64,000 nucleotides of DNA from Patescibacteria group bacterium (GCA_041737355.1 JBGSRW010000008.1:191061-255060); one strand, 5' to 3'. Counted from the first letter of the stretch, positions 48,956-59,041 are shown. Translations and numbers: made by a program. The notes: generated by a model not told the origin, from the letters alone.

Positions 48956-49531
48956 ATGGCCGATCCGCAAAATAAAATAATCGTCGGTCTTGCCGGGAAA
49001 ATTGCCTCTGGGAAAGAAACTGTCGGAAAATATTTGGTGGAGAAAATGGACGGAAAAAAAATAAAATTTTCCGATCCCCTGCGCCAGATCCTTGATATCC
49101 TCGACCTTCCCGACAGCCGACAAAACATGCAGACGCTTTCCACCGTTGTCAGACAAAATTTCGGGGGAAACGTTCTGGCTCAGGCGATGATGAAATTGGT
49201 TGCACGCTTGGAAAATAAACTTGTAGTAATCGACGGCGTCCGGCGCGTAACCGACATTGAAAACTTCCGGCAATTAAAAAACTTTTTTCTTGTCTATATT
49301 GACGCCTCCTCAAAAAAAAGATTTGAAAGGTGCGTGCAGAGAAAGGAAAACCCCGGAGACGGCGAGATGACCCGCGGAGAATTCGACCGGAAAGACAATG
49401 CCGAAGCCGAAGAGCAGATTGAATCGTTAAAAAAAGAAGCGGATTTTGTGGTGAAAAACGACGGGACCATGGAAGAGCTATACCTGGAGATAGAAAATCT
49501 TTTGGAAAAAATCCATGCAACTCAAAATTAA
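48956..49531 (+). CDS. P-loop nucleoside monophosphate kinase-like protein
   Basis: GKIASGKE, IDGVR, ADFVVKNDG; located in dTTP cluster. Confidence 0.75.
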   Translation: MADPQNKIIVGLAGKIASGKETVGKYLVEKMDGKKIKFSDPLRQILDILDLPDSRQNMQTLSTVVRQNFGGNVLAQAMMKLVARLENKLVVIDGVRRVTDIENFRQLKNFFLVYIDASSKKRFERCVQRKENPGDGEMTRGEFDRKDNAEAEEQIESLKKEADFVVKNDGTMEELYLEIENLLEKIHATQN

Positions 49532-49949
49532 ACGCATTGATAAATCATTGCCACTGCCCGAATACAAAACCAACGGGGCGGTGGCTTTTGATTTAACGGC
49601 GAGAATCGATATTGAAATAGAACCGCACGCCATTGCCCTTATTCCATTGAACGTCATTATTGAAATTCCAAAAGGCTATACAATAATTCTGGCGCCGCGG
49701 AGCAGCTTGCCTATTAAAAAGGGCCTGCTTATTCCGAACGGCCTGGGAATTTTTGACCAGGATTATTGCGGACCGGAAGACGAATGGCGCCTCGAAGTTT
49801 TGAACTTTACCGATAAAAAAGTTAAAATTGAAAAAGGAGAAAGGATCGGTCAGGGTTTGATTTTACCGATAGAAAAAGCCGAATGGCTTGAAGTGGAAAA
49901 AATTGATAAGCCGAACCGCGGCGGCTTTGGCAGCACGGGTCAGAAATAA
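49515..49949 (+). CDS. dut: dUTPase
   Basis: AFDL, PRSS, GIFDQDYCG, GERIGQ, RGGFGSTG. Confidence 0.94.
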   Translation: MQLKIKRIDKSLPLPEYKTNGAVAFDLTARIDIEIEPHAIALIPLNVIIEIPKGYTIILAPRSSLPIKKGLLIPNGLGIFDQDYCGPEDEWRLEVLNFTDKKVKIEKGERIGQGLILPIEKAEWLEVEKIDKPNRGGFGSTGQK

Positions 49950-49982
49950 ATTTATAATTTTCAATTTCTAATTCCAAAAAAT

Positions 49983-51371
49983 ATGGAAGAAAAATACAAA
50001 CGAAAGATTTATACCCTGGAAGGATTGTCCCCGGAAGTCCGGGCCGTTACTTTTGCCAAATGCAGCCGCTCGCCGGAATCATTCGCCGACATCGCCAAGG
50101 AACTGACCGAACAAAAATCCAGCGAGTTTCACGAGAAATGGGTTGTCGGCTACGGCCATTCTTCGGTCGCCGAGCACGCCATTTTATCATTGGCACTGGA
50201 AAACGTTTCGATTCTGGCCACCAAAGTAATCGAAGACAACCGTCTGGCCTCCTACACGGAAAAATCGACACGCTACCAGGTTTTTGATCGCGAAAAGTAT
50301 TACAAACCGAAAAAAATAATGGATTCTTCGTTCGGCAAACTCTACGAAGAAACGGCGAATTTTCTTTTTGATACCTACACCGATCTTACCGCCAAGGTAA
50401 TGAATTACGTAAAAAACAAAATTCCAAAAACCGAAGAGATGACGGATAAAATGTATGAAACTGTCTGCAAGGCAAAGGCCTGCGATATTGTCCGCTATAT
50501 TTTACCGACCGCCACTCTTACCAATCTCGGTATGACAATAAACGCCCGGAACCTCGAACACGCTATCGCGAAATTGCTGTCGCATCCGCTCGAAGAAATG
50601 CAGGATATCGGGCGGGAACTGAAAGAAGCGGCGGAAAAAGCGACCCCGACCCTTATCAAATACGCCAACGCGAATAATTATCTTCGCGAAACAAATCTTT
50701 CTCTCGAAAAAACGACCAAGAAAATTTTGGGCGGAGAAAATGTCGCCCCCGAAGAAAACCAAGCCAAACTTGTCGCCTACGACGAAGACGCACTTGACCG
50801 CGTCGTCGCTCCCCTGCTCTACAAATATTCAAACTCTTCATACGGGGATATCAAGGAAAAAGTTAAAAATTTGCCGCGAGAAGAAAAAGAAAAAATCCTT
50901 GAGGAATCACTGGAAGGAATGAGCCAATTCGACCGGCCGCTCCGCGAACTTGAACACACCTATTACACTTTCGATATTTTGATCGACTACGGCGCCTTCC
51001 GCGACGTCCAGCGGCATAGAATCTGCACCCAAACCAACCAGGAAATCACCCCGGCTTACGGTTACTCGACCCACGAAGACATTGTCGCCGCCGGATTTCA
51101 AAAAGAATACGAAGAGTGTATGAAGCGGGCTGCCGAAATTTACCAAAAAATTGCCGCGGAATTTCCCAAGGAAGCCCAATATATCCTGCCGCTCGCCTTC
51201 CGTAAACGGGTCCTTATCACCTGGAACCTCCGCGAACTTTTCCATTTTATTCCGCTCCGGAGCAGCAAGAAAGGCCATATTTCCTACCGCCGGATCGCCG
51301 GACAAATCTGGGACGAAATAAATCGCGTCCATCCGTATTTTGCTAAATATATTAAAGTCGATAAATCTTAA
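49983..51371 (+). CDS. thyX: Flavin-dependent thymidylate synthase, double-domain form
   Basis: GHSSVAEH...EKSTRY in N-half; RELEH...RDVQRHR, NLRELFHF in C-half. Confidence 0.88.
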   Translation: MEEKYKRKIYTLEGLSPEVRAVTFAKCSRSPESFADIAKELTEQKSSEFHEKWVVGYGHSSVAEHAILSLALENVSILATKVIEDNRLASYTEKSTRYQVFDREKYYKPKKIMDSSFGKLYEETANFLFDTYTDLTAKVMNYVKNKIPKTEEMTDKMYETVCKAKACDIVRYILPTATLTNLGMTINARNLEHAIAKLLSHPLEEMQDIGRELKEAAEKATPTLIKYANANNYLRETNLSLEKTTKKILGGENVAPEENQAKLVAYDEDALDRVVAPLLYKYSNSSYGDIKEKVKNLPREEKEKILEESLEGMSQFDRPLRELEHTYYTFDILIDYGAFRDVQRHRICTQTNQEITPAYGYSTHEDIVAAGFQKEYEECMKRAAEIYQKIAAEFPKEAQYILPLAFRKRVLITWNLRELFHFIPLRSSKKGHISYRRIAGQIWDEINRVHPYFAKYIKVDKS

Positions 51372-51375
51372 GAAT

Positions 51376-52113
51376 ATGGAAGAAAAAAATAAAAAAGGAA
51401 TTTTGGTCATGGCCGACGGAATCGACGGATCCGGCAAGGGCACAATCGTAAAAGCTCTGGCCGATTGGGCGGCAACGAAACAAATGAAAGTTCTGGACTT
51501 GAAAGATTACTGGAAAACGAAACACAATTTTCCCGAACCCGAGGAAATCAAGGAATACGACGTAATCATCTCCGCCGAACCGACTTTTTCCATGGTCGGC
51601 CAGGCAATCCGGGAAGAAATTGTCCGCGACAACAACCGCCATTATTCCGCCTGGACAACGGCCGAAGCGTTTTCTCTGGACCGGGAAATTCTTTACCGCC
51701 GGGTAATTATCCCCGCCTTGGAGCAGGGAAAAATTATTTTTCAGGAAAGGGGCGTTACGACTTCGATGATTTACCAGCCCGTGCAAAAAGAGCCCCTGGA
51801 ACTCGAAAAAATACTTGAACTTTCCGGAAACCGGCTGGCCCTGGAATACCGCCCGGATCTTTTGATCATCACTTTGGTCGATCCGAAAGAAGCCGTCCGG
51901 CGCCTTGCCGAACGCGACAAAAAAGACAACGTTATTTTTGAAAAACTTCCATTTTTGGAAAAAATTGCCGAAAGGTTTGCCGCGCCATGGTTCCGGGAGG
52001 TTATGGAAAAACAAGGCAGCAAATTCTTTTATTTAAAGACAAATAAGACCGTTTGTGATACAATAGAGGAGTCAGTAAAACTTTGGGAAGATTTTATAAA
52101 AGAAGTTAAATAA
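51376..52113 (+). CDS. tmk: Thymidylate kinase
   Basis: DGIDGSGKGT, EPT, DR, QER...S..YQ, PDL. Confidence 0.85.
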   Translation: MEEKNKKGILVMADGIDGSGKGTIVKALADWAATKQMKVLDLKDYWKTKHNFPEPEEIKEYDVIISAEPTFSMVGQAIREEIVRDNNRHYSAWTTAEAFSLDREILYRRVIIPALEQGKIIFQERGVTTSMIYQPVQKEPLELEKILELSGNRLALEYRPDLLIITLVDPKEAVRRLAERDKKDNVIFEKLPFLEKIAERFAAPWFREVMEKQGSKFFYLKTNKTVCDTIEESVKLWEDFIKEVK

Positions 52114-52174
52114 TAAAAAAATTGCGGTAAAATGGATATTCCAAAATTTGTCCGTTTTCCGTAAATCAAAAAAT

Positions 52175-52972
52175 ATGCTTATAGGAATCAAGTCCATCGC
52201 CCGGGAAAGCTGGAATCTTTACCGCAATAATTTCAAGCTTTTTGCCAAAATCGTTCTCTGGCTTCTTATCCCGGCGACTATTTATTCCCTGATTCCCTAT
52301 CTCGGCCTTACTCCTTTCATCCTAACCCCGATTAATTCCCTGCTCTATTTCGCATCGGCCCTTCTTGGGCTTTTCATTTCGATAGCCCTGACTCTCGTTG
52401 CCCTCGGCTTATTCAAAAAAGAAGAAATCAACTTAAAAAATATTTACAGCCTGAGCTACTCAAAAATTATCTCCTGTCTCTGGGTTTCCGTGCTTTCTTT
52501 TCTCGTTGCCGTTGCCGCCATGTTCGTAAGCGCCCTGCCCGCCCTTATCGCTTTTTTCGCCAGGTCTTGGCTGCCGGCGCAAAACATCGTCTTGGCAATT
52601 TTTTTCGTAATTTCCGGAATTCTCCTTGTTGTTTCAAGCGTTATTCTGGCCGTGTGGCTTTCCTTCAGTTTTTATGTCGTTGTTTTCGACAATATAAAAG
52701 GAAGAGCCGCCCTTTGGTACAGCAAGGCAATCGTAACCGGATACTTTTGGCCGGTTCTCTGGAGACTTTTCGTTGTCATGGTTCTCCCGGTTAATTTAAT
52801 GGGATGGCTTCTAGGAAAATTGCCGCCGAATTTCGAATCCCTGTCCCCTCTCTGGCTCATTTCGGTTCTGGCCTCAAACGCAATTTACGCTTTTACCGTT
52901 CCCCTTTTCTCCATCGCCGGAGTGCTTCTCTACAACAGTTTGCGAAAAGAAAAATCAACAGCCAAAAAATAA
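52175..52972 (+). CDS. Multi-pass membrane protein
   Basis: About 6 TM segments; ALxxSKxIVxGYFW motif. Confidence 0.7.
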   Translation: MLIGIKSIARESWNLYRNNFKLFAKIVLWLLIPATIYSLIPYLGLTPFILTPINSLLYFASALLGLFISIALTLVALGLFKKEEINLKNIYSLSYSKIISCLWVSVLSFLVAVAAMFVSALPALIAFFARSWLPAQNIVLAIFFVISGILLVVSSVILAVWLSFSFYVVVFDNIKGRAALWYSKAIVTGYFWPVLWRLFVVMVLPVNLMGWLLGKLPPNFESLSPLWLISVLASNAIYAFTVPLFSIAGVLLYNSLRKEKSTAKK

Positions 52973-53006
52973 ACGGACAACCAATTTAGTTTTTTAGACT
53001 AATCTT

Positions 53007-54551
53007 ATGCATCTTGTTCCGGTCATCGGCCTGGAAATCCATATCCAGCTCAAAACAAAATCAAAAATGTTCTGCGGCTGCGACAATACCGGGGAAAACC
53101 AGCCGCCGAATACGACTGTCTGCCCGGTATGCATGGGCCATCCCGGTACTTTGCCGGTTATAAACGGGCAGGCGGTGGAATGGGCGGGCCTCGCGGCTCT
53201 GGCTTTAAATTGCAAAATCCAGGATTACTCAAAATTCGACCGGAAACAATATTTTTATCCCGATCTCCCGAAAGGATATCAAATTTCCCAATACGACAAG
53301 CCTGTCTGTCAGGACGGCCATCTTGAAATAGATATCCCAACGAAAGACGAAACGAAACAACCGGCTTCCGCGAAAATAAGGATAAAAAGAATTCATCTCG
53401 AAGAAGACGCGGCAAAATTAACCCATTCTGATGACGGAAAAAACAGCCTCGTCGATTACAACCGTTCCGGAACACCCCTTTTGGAAATTGTTACCGAGCC
53501 TGATTTGCATTCGCCGCTTGAAGCAAAAATTTTCGTCCAGGAAATACAACAAATCGCCCGCTATCTCGGGATATCCGAAGCGGATATGGAAAAAGGGCAT
53601 TTGCGCTGCGACGCCAACATTTCTCTGAAAGAAGTCTTGGATAATCCGGCTAAAGAAAAGGGGTTCCCTAAACTTAATCCCAAAACTGAAATAAAAAATT
53701 TGAACTCTTTCCGCGCCGTTGAGAGGGCTCTTGAATACGAAATAAAAAGACAAATCGAACTTTGGGGAAAGGGAAAACCGCCGGAAATAGAAACAACCCG
53801 CGGCTGGAACGACGTAAAACAAATTACCGAGGAGCAACGGACAAAAGAAGCGGAAAACGATTACCGTTATTTCCCGGAACCGGATCTTCCGCCGCTTGAT
53901 CTCTCCAGACTGCGCGATAAAGTTATTCCGTCCCTTCCCGAACTTCCCCGCGCCAAAAGAATAAGATTTATAACCCAATACGAGTTTACTCCGGAAGAAG
54001 CGAAAATTTTAACCGAAGACAAAAAATGGGCCAATTATACTGAAAATGTTATTTCCGAATTACAATCATGGCTTATTTCGCTTCAAGAGGTGGAGGGCAC
54101 GGAAAAAGAAATATGGGAAAAACACAAACATAAAATAACCCGCCTCCTTGCCGGATGGCTTGTAACTAAACTCGGTGGCCTGATGGCCGATAATAAAATA
54201 GATATCCGCCGCCTGAAAATAACTCCGGAAAATTTCGCGGAATTTATTACCCTGATTTACCAGAACAAAATTTCCGGGCCAACAGCAATGAAAATTTTGG
54301 AAGAGATGCTTCTTACCGGCGGTGACCCGTCCCAGATCATGGAAAGTAAAAACCTCGGCCAGATCAGCGATACTGACGAAATGGAAAAAATAATAGACGG
54401 AATTATCGCGGAAAATCCAGACGAAGTAAAAAGTTACAAAGCTGGCAAAACCAACCTGATACAATTCTTCATAGGCCAAACCATGAAAAAAACCCAGGGA
54501 AAGGCCAACCCAAAAATTGCTGAAGAAATCATTAAAAAGAAACTCGGATAA
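53007..54551 (+). CDS. gatB: Asp/Glu-tRNA amidotransferase subunit B
   Basis: IGLEIH, FYPDLPKGYQISQ, HLEEDA, LRCDAN, DYRYFPEPD. Confidence 0.96.
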   Translation: MHLVPVIGLEIHIQLKTKSKMFCGCDNTGENQPPNTTVCPVCMGHPGTLPVINGQAVEWAGLAALALNCKIQDYSKFDRKQYFYPDLPKGYQISQYDKPVCQDGHLEIDIPTKDETKQPASAKIRIKRIHLEEDAAKLTHSDDGKNSLVDYNRSGTPLLEIVTEPDLHSPLEAKIFVQEIQQIARYLGISEADMEKGHLRCDANISLKEVLDNPAKEKGFPKLNPKTEIKNLNSFRAVERALEYEIKRQIELWGKGKPPEIETTRGWNDVKQITEEQRTKEAENDYRYFPEPDLPPLDLSRLRDKVIPSLPELPRAKRIRFITQYEFTPEEAKILTEDKKWANYTENVISELQSWLISLQEVEGTEKEIWEKHKHKITRLLAGWLVTKLGGLMADNKIDIRRLKITPENFAEFITLIYQNKISGPTAMKILEEMLLTGGDPSQIMESKNLGQISDTDEMEKIIDGIIAENPDEVKSYKAGKTNLIQFFIGQTMKKTQGKANPKIAEEIIKKKLG

Positions 54552-54557
54552 AAAAAT

Positions 54558-54588
54558 CAAAAACTGCTCTTTTCGGGGGCAGTTTTTG
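54558..54588. terminator. Terminator after gatB
   Basis: CAAAAACTGC...GCAGTTTTTG. Confidence 0.8.
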
Positions 54589-54656
54589 GTCTTGCTATCC
54601 CCTTCCGTGATTTCCACGGAGGGTCCGAGCCCATGGCAAAAGAAAGGAGGAACGCC

Positions 54657-54887
54657 ATGACTCGACATACTGAAACACAGGAAGAGAGCGGTCTGAGGTG
54701 CATTCACAAGAAGATCTGGGGCCAATGTGCCTGCTGCCGGGGAAAATTCGGTATGCTGGCGATCGAGTTTGACATCATACTCGGTCGGAACCAGCCGCCG
54801 GAAGTCGTCGGCAACTTGGTGGCAGAGGCCATCCGAAAGATGCGCCGAGGAAAGGAGGAAATGGAAAGACGTGGGTTCAGTCCCTAG
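54657..54887 (+). CDS. Small Cys/His-containing hypothetical protein
   Basis: SD GAAAGGAGG; CIH...CACC motif; GC-rich. Confidence 0.55.
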   Translation: MTRHTETQEESGLRCIHKKIWGQCACCRGKFGMLAIEFDIILGRNQPPEVVGNLVAEAIRKMRRGKEEMERRGFSP

Positions 54888-54933
54888 TGACGTAGAACGC
54901 GCAAGATCGAAAAGGGCGTGAATGCTAACTGCA

Positions 54934-55872
54934 TCACGCCCACTTTTTTATTTTACCTTCCGCTTCCTTATAATTTCTTATCCATTTTATTCTTTTATCA
55001 CGTCTGAACCAAGTCATTTGCCGCCGGGCGTAAGCGTGTGTTCTAAACTTTATCCTCTGTGCCGCCTCACTTATGCCGTACACCCCATTCAAATAATCCT
55101 CCGCCTCCTTATAGCCAATTCCACTCATTGATGGAAGGTCTGGTTTGTATTTTTTTAATAATTTTTTAGTTTCTCCGACTAAATCATCTTTTATCATTTG
55201 CTCCACGCGCTGATCGATATTTTCATAAAGTTTTTCCCGTGGTAAAGTTATTCCGATTTGTAAAACATTGAACAGCGGCTCGCCCTTTTCCCGCAACTTT
55301 GAAAACGGCCGGCCGGTGGCAAGGCATACTTCAAGCGCCCGGATAATCCGCCGAGGATTATTTTTATCAACTACATCAACCGCGCCCGGATCAAGTTTCA
55401 ACAATTTTTTATACCATTTTGCGAGCGCTCCCGGCTTTTTAATTTCTTTTTCAAATTGCACCCTTAGTTTTTTATTCGGCGGCACAGCCGGAATTTCCAA
55501 ATTGTCCACCACGGATTGAATATATAAACCTGTTCCCCCAACTAAAAACGGCACCTTGCCGCGCTTTAAAATATTCTTAATCGCCGCTACGGCTTTCTTT
55601 TTATAATAAGCCAAAGTGAATTCTTTATCTGGGCTAACGATGTCCAATAAATGGTGCACTACACCGCCGGCTGTTATCTGCGTTAATCCGCGTTTATATC
55701 TGCGTTTATCTGCTTCTATTTTTCCGGTGCCAATATCCATTCCCTTGTAGATCTGCCTGCTGTCCGCGTTAACCACCTCACCGCTAAATTTTTTTGCTAA
55801 TTTCAAAGACAGACCCGTCTTTCCCGACGCCGTCGGACCTAAAATTATAATCAGTTTTGGCAGCGTTGACAT
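54934..55872 (-). CDS. miaA: tRNA dimethylallyltransferase
   Basis: GPTASGKT, ADSRQIY, VGGTGLY, IRALEV, YARRQMTWF. Confidence 0.96.
   Translation of the reverse strand: MSTLPKLIIILGPTASGKTGLSLKLAKKFSGEVVNADSRQIYKGMDIGTGKIEADKRRYKRGLTQITAGGVVHHLLDIVSPDKEFTLAYYKKKAVAAIKNILKRGKVPFLVGGTGLYIQSVVDNLEIPAVPPNKKLRVQFEKEIKKPGALAKWYKKLLKLDPGAVDVVDKNNPRRIIRALEVCLATGRPFSKLREKGEPLFNVLQIGITLPREKLYENIDQRVEQMIKDDLVGETKKLLKKYKPDLPSMSGIGYKEAEDYLNGVYGISEAAQRIKFRTHAYARRQMTWFRRDKRIKWIRNYKEAEGKIKKWA
55676..55713. repeat. Short tandem ATCYGCGTT repeats inside miaA
   Basis: ATCTGCGTTA ATCCGCGTTT AT ATCTGCGTTT ATCTGC. Confidence 0.7.
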
Positions 55873-55876
55873 TTTT

Positions 55877-57154
55877 TTATCCTTCTAGAATCCACTCAAA
55901 GGATTTTTTTATTTTGACATTAAAAATCTTGCCGACCATATTTTTCTTGCCAGGGAACCGAGCCATTTTCATTTCCCGGGAATTGCCAATGCATTTTCCG
56001 TCTTTATACTTATCCACGAGCACCGACACGGTTTTTCCGACATATTGCTGATTTTTCTCTAAAACAATTTTTTCCATTAAATCCTGAAGCACCCGCCAGC
56101 GCCGCTTTTTTTCAATTCGCGGAACATCGTCTTTCATTTTCGCCGCCGCTGTCCCCTGCCGCGGCGAATATACTGCGAGATATGCAATATCAAAATTGGC
56201 TTTTTTATAAAGTTCCACCGTGTTTTGAAAAGCTTTTTTTGTCTCGCCGGGAAACCCGACAATAATATCCGTGCCGAGCGCCATCCCCGGCTTTTTTTTA
56301 TTTATTTTGGCGACAAGCTTTAGGTAATCGGCAGCGGTATAACTGCGATTCATCCGTTTTAAAACTTTGTCATCCCCTGCCTGAAGCGGCAGATGGAGAT
56401 AATTCACCATCTTTGGCAAAGTCAGAGCGTCAATTACCTCATCTTTCATGTCGCGCGGATGAGGCGCGGTAAAATGAATCCGCTTGATTCCCGTAATCCG
56501 GTTTGCTTCCCAAAGCAAGGCGGCAAAAGGATGTTTATATGGATTTTTTTTGGAAAAATTTTTTATATCGGCCGGCCGGTAGGCATTAACATTCTGCCCC
56601 AAAAAAGTTATTTCCAAACAGCCGTTTTTTGCTAAATTTTTCACTTCGGCGAGGATCTCGGAAACGTCGCGGCTCGTTTCCCTTCCCCGGACATAAGGCA
56701 CGGCGCAGTACGAACAAAAATTATTGCAGCCGGTCATAATCGGAATAAAAGCGGAATACTGCGTTGAATATCTCGGCTCGATTTTAAAATAATGAGTATT
56801 CCAATCGCGGCATTCGGCCTGAAAGGCTTTGATATTGGTAATCTGTTTGATATCCAAAACCGCGTCAAATTTTCCCAAAAACTTTTTCTTGTCCGCAGGC
56901 AAAAGGCAGCCGGTCAGAATCGTGAAAAGCCCGGGCTTTGTCCGTTTCATTTTGGCAAAAATCCGGGCCTGGCCGTAGATCCTGTCAACCGCCGCCTGGC
57001 GCACGGAACAGGCCACCACAACGATTAAATCGGCCTCAGAGGCCTCACTGACCGACCCATAGCCCATTTTCTCCAAAACCGTCGCCACCCGCTCAGAGTC
57101 GCTTTTATTCATTTGGCAGCCGTAGGTGATAATGTGGTATTTTTTCTTAGCCAT
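55877..57154 (-). CDS. miaB: tRNA methylthiotransferase MiaB
   Basis: TYGCQMN..DSE, CSVR, GC, radical SAM CNNFCSYC, TDIIVGFPGET, TRAM tail. Confidence 0.92.
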   Translation of the reverse strand: MAKKKYHIITYGCQMNKSDSERVATVLEKMGYGSVSEASEADLIVVVACSVRQAAVDRIYGQARIFAKMKRTKPGLFTILTGCLLPADKKKFLGKFDAVLDIKQITNIKAFQAECRDWNTHYFKIEPRYSTQYSAFIPIMTGCNNFCSYCAVPYVRGRETSRDVSEILAEVKNLAKNGCLEITFLGQNVNAYRPADIKNFSKKNPYKHPFAALLWEANRITGIKRIHFTAPHPRDMKDEVIDALTLPKMVNYLHLPLQAGDDKVLKRMNRSYTAADYLKLVAKINKKKPGMALGTDIIVGFPGETKKAFQNTVELYKKANFDIAYLAVYSPRQGTAAAKMKDDVPRIEKKRRWRVLQDLMEKIVLEKNQQYVGKTVSVLVDKYKDGKCIGNSREMKMARFPGKKNMVGKIFNVKIKKSFEWILEG

Positions 57155-57246
57155 GAAAATATTTTAACAAAAAAATGTTTTTTCTTCAACCCTTGACAAA
57201 TTAGCATTATCATGTAAAATAGAGAGTTCCCGAAAGGAGTGTTCCG

Positions 57247-57627
57247 ATGGGCGAAGTTCACGGGCTCTTCCAGGACGCCCGTTACAACCGGGCGATGTTC
57301 GAGAGAATCGCTGCCGTGAGCCTTACCGAAATCAACGGCAGAATGGCTCTGCGGCTCGACCTTTCAACTGGCGATCTGCATCTTGACTGGCTGAACAGCG
57401 TACCAACTTACCGCTTCGTCATTGACAATGGCGCGCGGATTCTCGAAGGAAAGCACTGGCATATCTTCCGGCACGAACCGGAACCGCCTTACTTCGTTGA
57501 AGTTAGACTGCAAAATCTCTCTACGAGGGCCAAGGAGGAAACCCTCGGAGACTGGACCACGCTGCAAGTCGTGATCCAAGCTGATGGAAACGTCGAAAAG
57601 CATTTCGAGGTCAAGAAGGCCTCGTAG
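57247..57627 (+). CDS. Hypothetical protein (GC-rich single-gene unit)
   Basis: TTGACA...TAAAAT at 57193, SD GAAAGGAG, terminator CGGGACCA...TGGTCCCG-T 57632-57669. Confidence 0.65.
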   Translation: MGEVHGLFQDARYNRAMFERIAAVSLTEINGRMALRLDLSTGDLHLDWLNSVPTYRFVIDNGARILEGKHWHIFRHEPEPPYFVEVRLQNLSTRAKEETLGDWTTLQVVIQADGNVEKHFEVKKAS

Positions 57628-57751
57628 ACTCCGGGACCAACTGCGCAAGACCGCTTTTGGTCCCGTTTTATTTTATCCTTGACTTTTCGGCTTAAATATG
57701 GTATATTTATATGTTATAATTTAATAAACTTTATTATAAAAAATAATTATT

Positions 57752-58996
57752 ATGCGCGCTGAAATGAGTCCAGATTTACAAAAACAAATTACGCCCGAAG
57801 CCAAAGAAGCCGTTGCGCAAATCGACGGAGCAACCGAATCTTCGGAAAGCCATCCCGACCATAATGAAGATCGGGCCTTTTTCAATCAAGAAAAAAAGAC
57901 GATTGGCGTTCTGGACGGCGCCGGCGGCGGCATGGCCGGTGAAAAAGCCAGCGATTTAGCCGCTAAAATTGTTTCGCGGGAATTAAAAAAAATACCCGAT
58001 GGCGCCAGCGCAATCGATTGCCGTAAGGCCATCTCCTCGATTCTTGAGAGCGCCCACCAGTCCGTACTGAATCTTGGTAATAATGAGTTTTTCCAATATT
58101 TGGACCGCGATGCCTGGAAGCAGGACACCGGCAACCTCTTGTGGGATGACCCCGCTCAAATAGACGCGGAAATAGCAAAAACCGGATGGAAACCAAAAAT
58201 TTCAGCAGCCGATAAATTCAAGGGGAAACCGCAGGATGAAATTTTTAAAGCGCAAGAAGCGGCGGGATTTACTACGCCCACTGCAACAACTGCTTCAATA
58301 GCAAAATTATTTGAACGTCCCGGCGGCAAAACCGAGATGGTTTACGGGCATATCGGCGACAGCCGTATTTACGTCCTAAAAAAAGACGGGAAAATAAAAC
58401 AAATTACCCAGGATCAGGGCGGATTCGAGGAGGCCATAAAACATAAAATTATAACAAAAGACGAGGCTGAAGTTCTCGATCAATCTTCCGACCAAAAAAT
58501 TCTGGAAAAAAAATTCGGCAAAGACAGGGCCGAAGTTTTGCAGGCCTATTTTCCGCAACTCAGACGGTCGGTTACTCAAGAACTTGGCTTAACAAAGGAA
58601 ATCACCCCCCAAATCGGTACGGTTGATCTGGAGCCGGGCGACCGGGTTCTTTTCACTTCCGACGGAATCCACGACAACCTGACCAACCAGGAAATAGAAC
58701 AACTCCTGAAAAGCGGCAGCTCGACCGAAGCGGCGCAAAAAATTGTCGATTCGGCAAAAAAACGGGTAGCGGAAGGGACGATGCGATCGAAAAGAGACGA
58801 CAAAACGGCTATTGTCATGGATGTTCCTGAGGCAATAGAGGAAATTTCTGCCGAGGATATAACCGAAGAACCGGAAGAGATTGTTGAATTAGGAGAGGAA
58901 GACGTTGAGGCCGTCCCGATTGAAGTTATGGAAGCCGAGGACAAAAGAAAAAGCGAGAAAAAAATAAAAGAAATAAGAAAAGCAATTGGACTATAA
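57752..58996 (+). CDS. PP2C/PPM-family Ser/Thr phosphatase with internal insertion and acidic tail
   Basis: NED, VLDGAGG, HIGDSRIY, FTSDGI.D, DDKT motifs. Confidence 0.85.
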   Translation: MRAEMSPDLQKQITPEAKEAVAQIDGATESSESHPDHNEDRAFFNQEKKTIGVLDGAGGGMAGEKASDLAAKIVSRELKKIPDGASAIDCRKAISSILESAHQSVLNLGNNEFFQYLDRDAWKQDTGNLLWDDPAQIDAEIAKTGWKPKISAADKFKGKPQDEIFKAQEAAGFTTPTATTASIAKLFERPGGKTEMVYGHIGDSRIYVLKKDGKIKQITQDQGGFEEAIKHKIITKDEAEVLDQSSDQKILEKKFGKDRAEVLQAYFPQLRRSVTQELGLTKEITPQIGTVDLEPGDRVLFTSDGIHDNLTNQEIEQLLKSGSSTEAAQKIVDSAKKRVAEGTMRSKRDDKTAIVMDVPEAIEEISAEDITEEPEEIVELGEEDVEAVPIEVMEAEDKRKSEKKIKEIRKAIGL

Positions 58997-59004
58997 AGAT
59001 AACT

Positions 59005-59034
59005 AAAAATCCCGCCTTCTGGCGGGATTTTTTT
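59005..59034. terminator. Bidirectional terminator
   Basis: AAAAATCCCGCC-ttct-GGCGGGATTTTT. Confidence 0.9.
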
Positions 59035-59041
59035 ATTTTAC

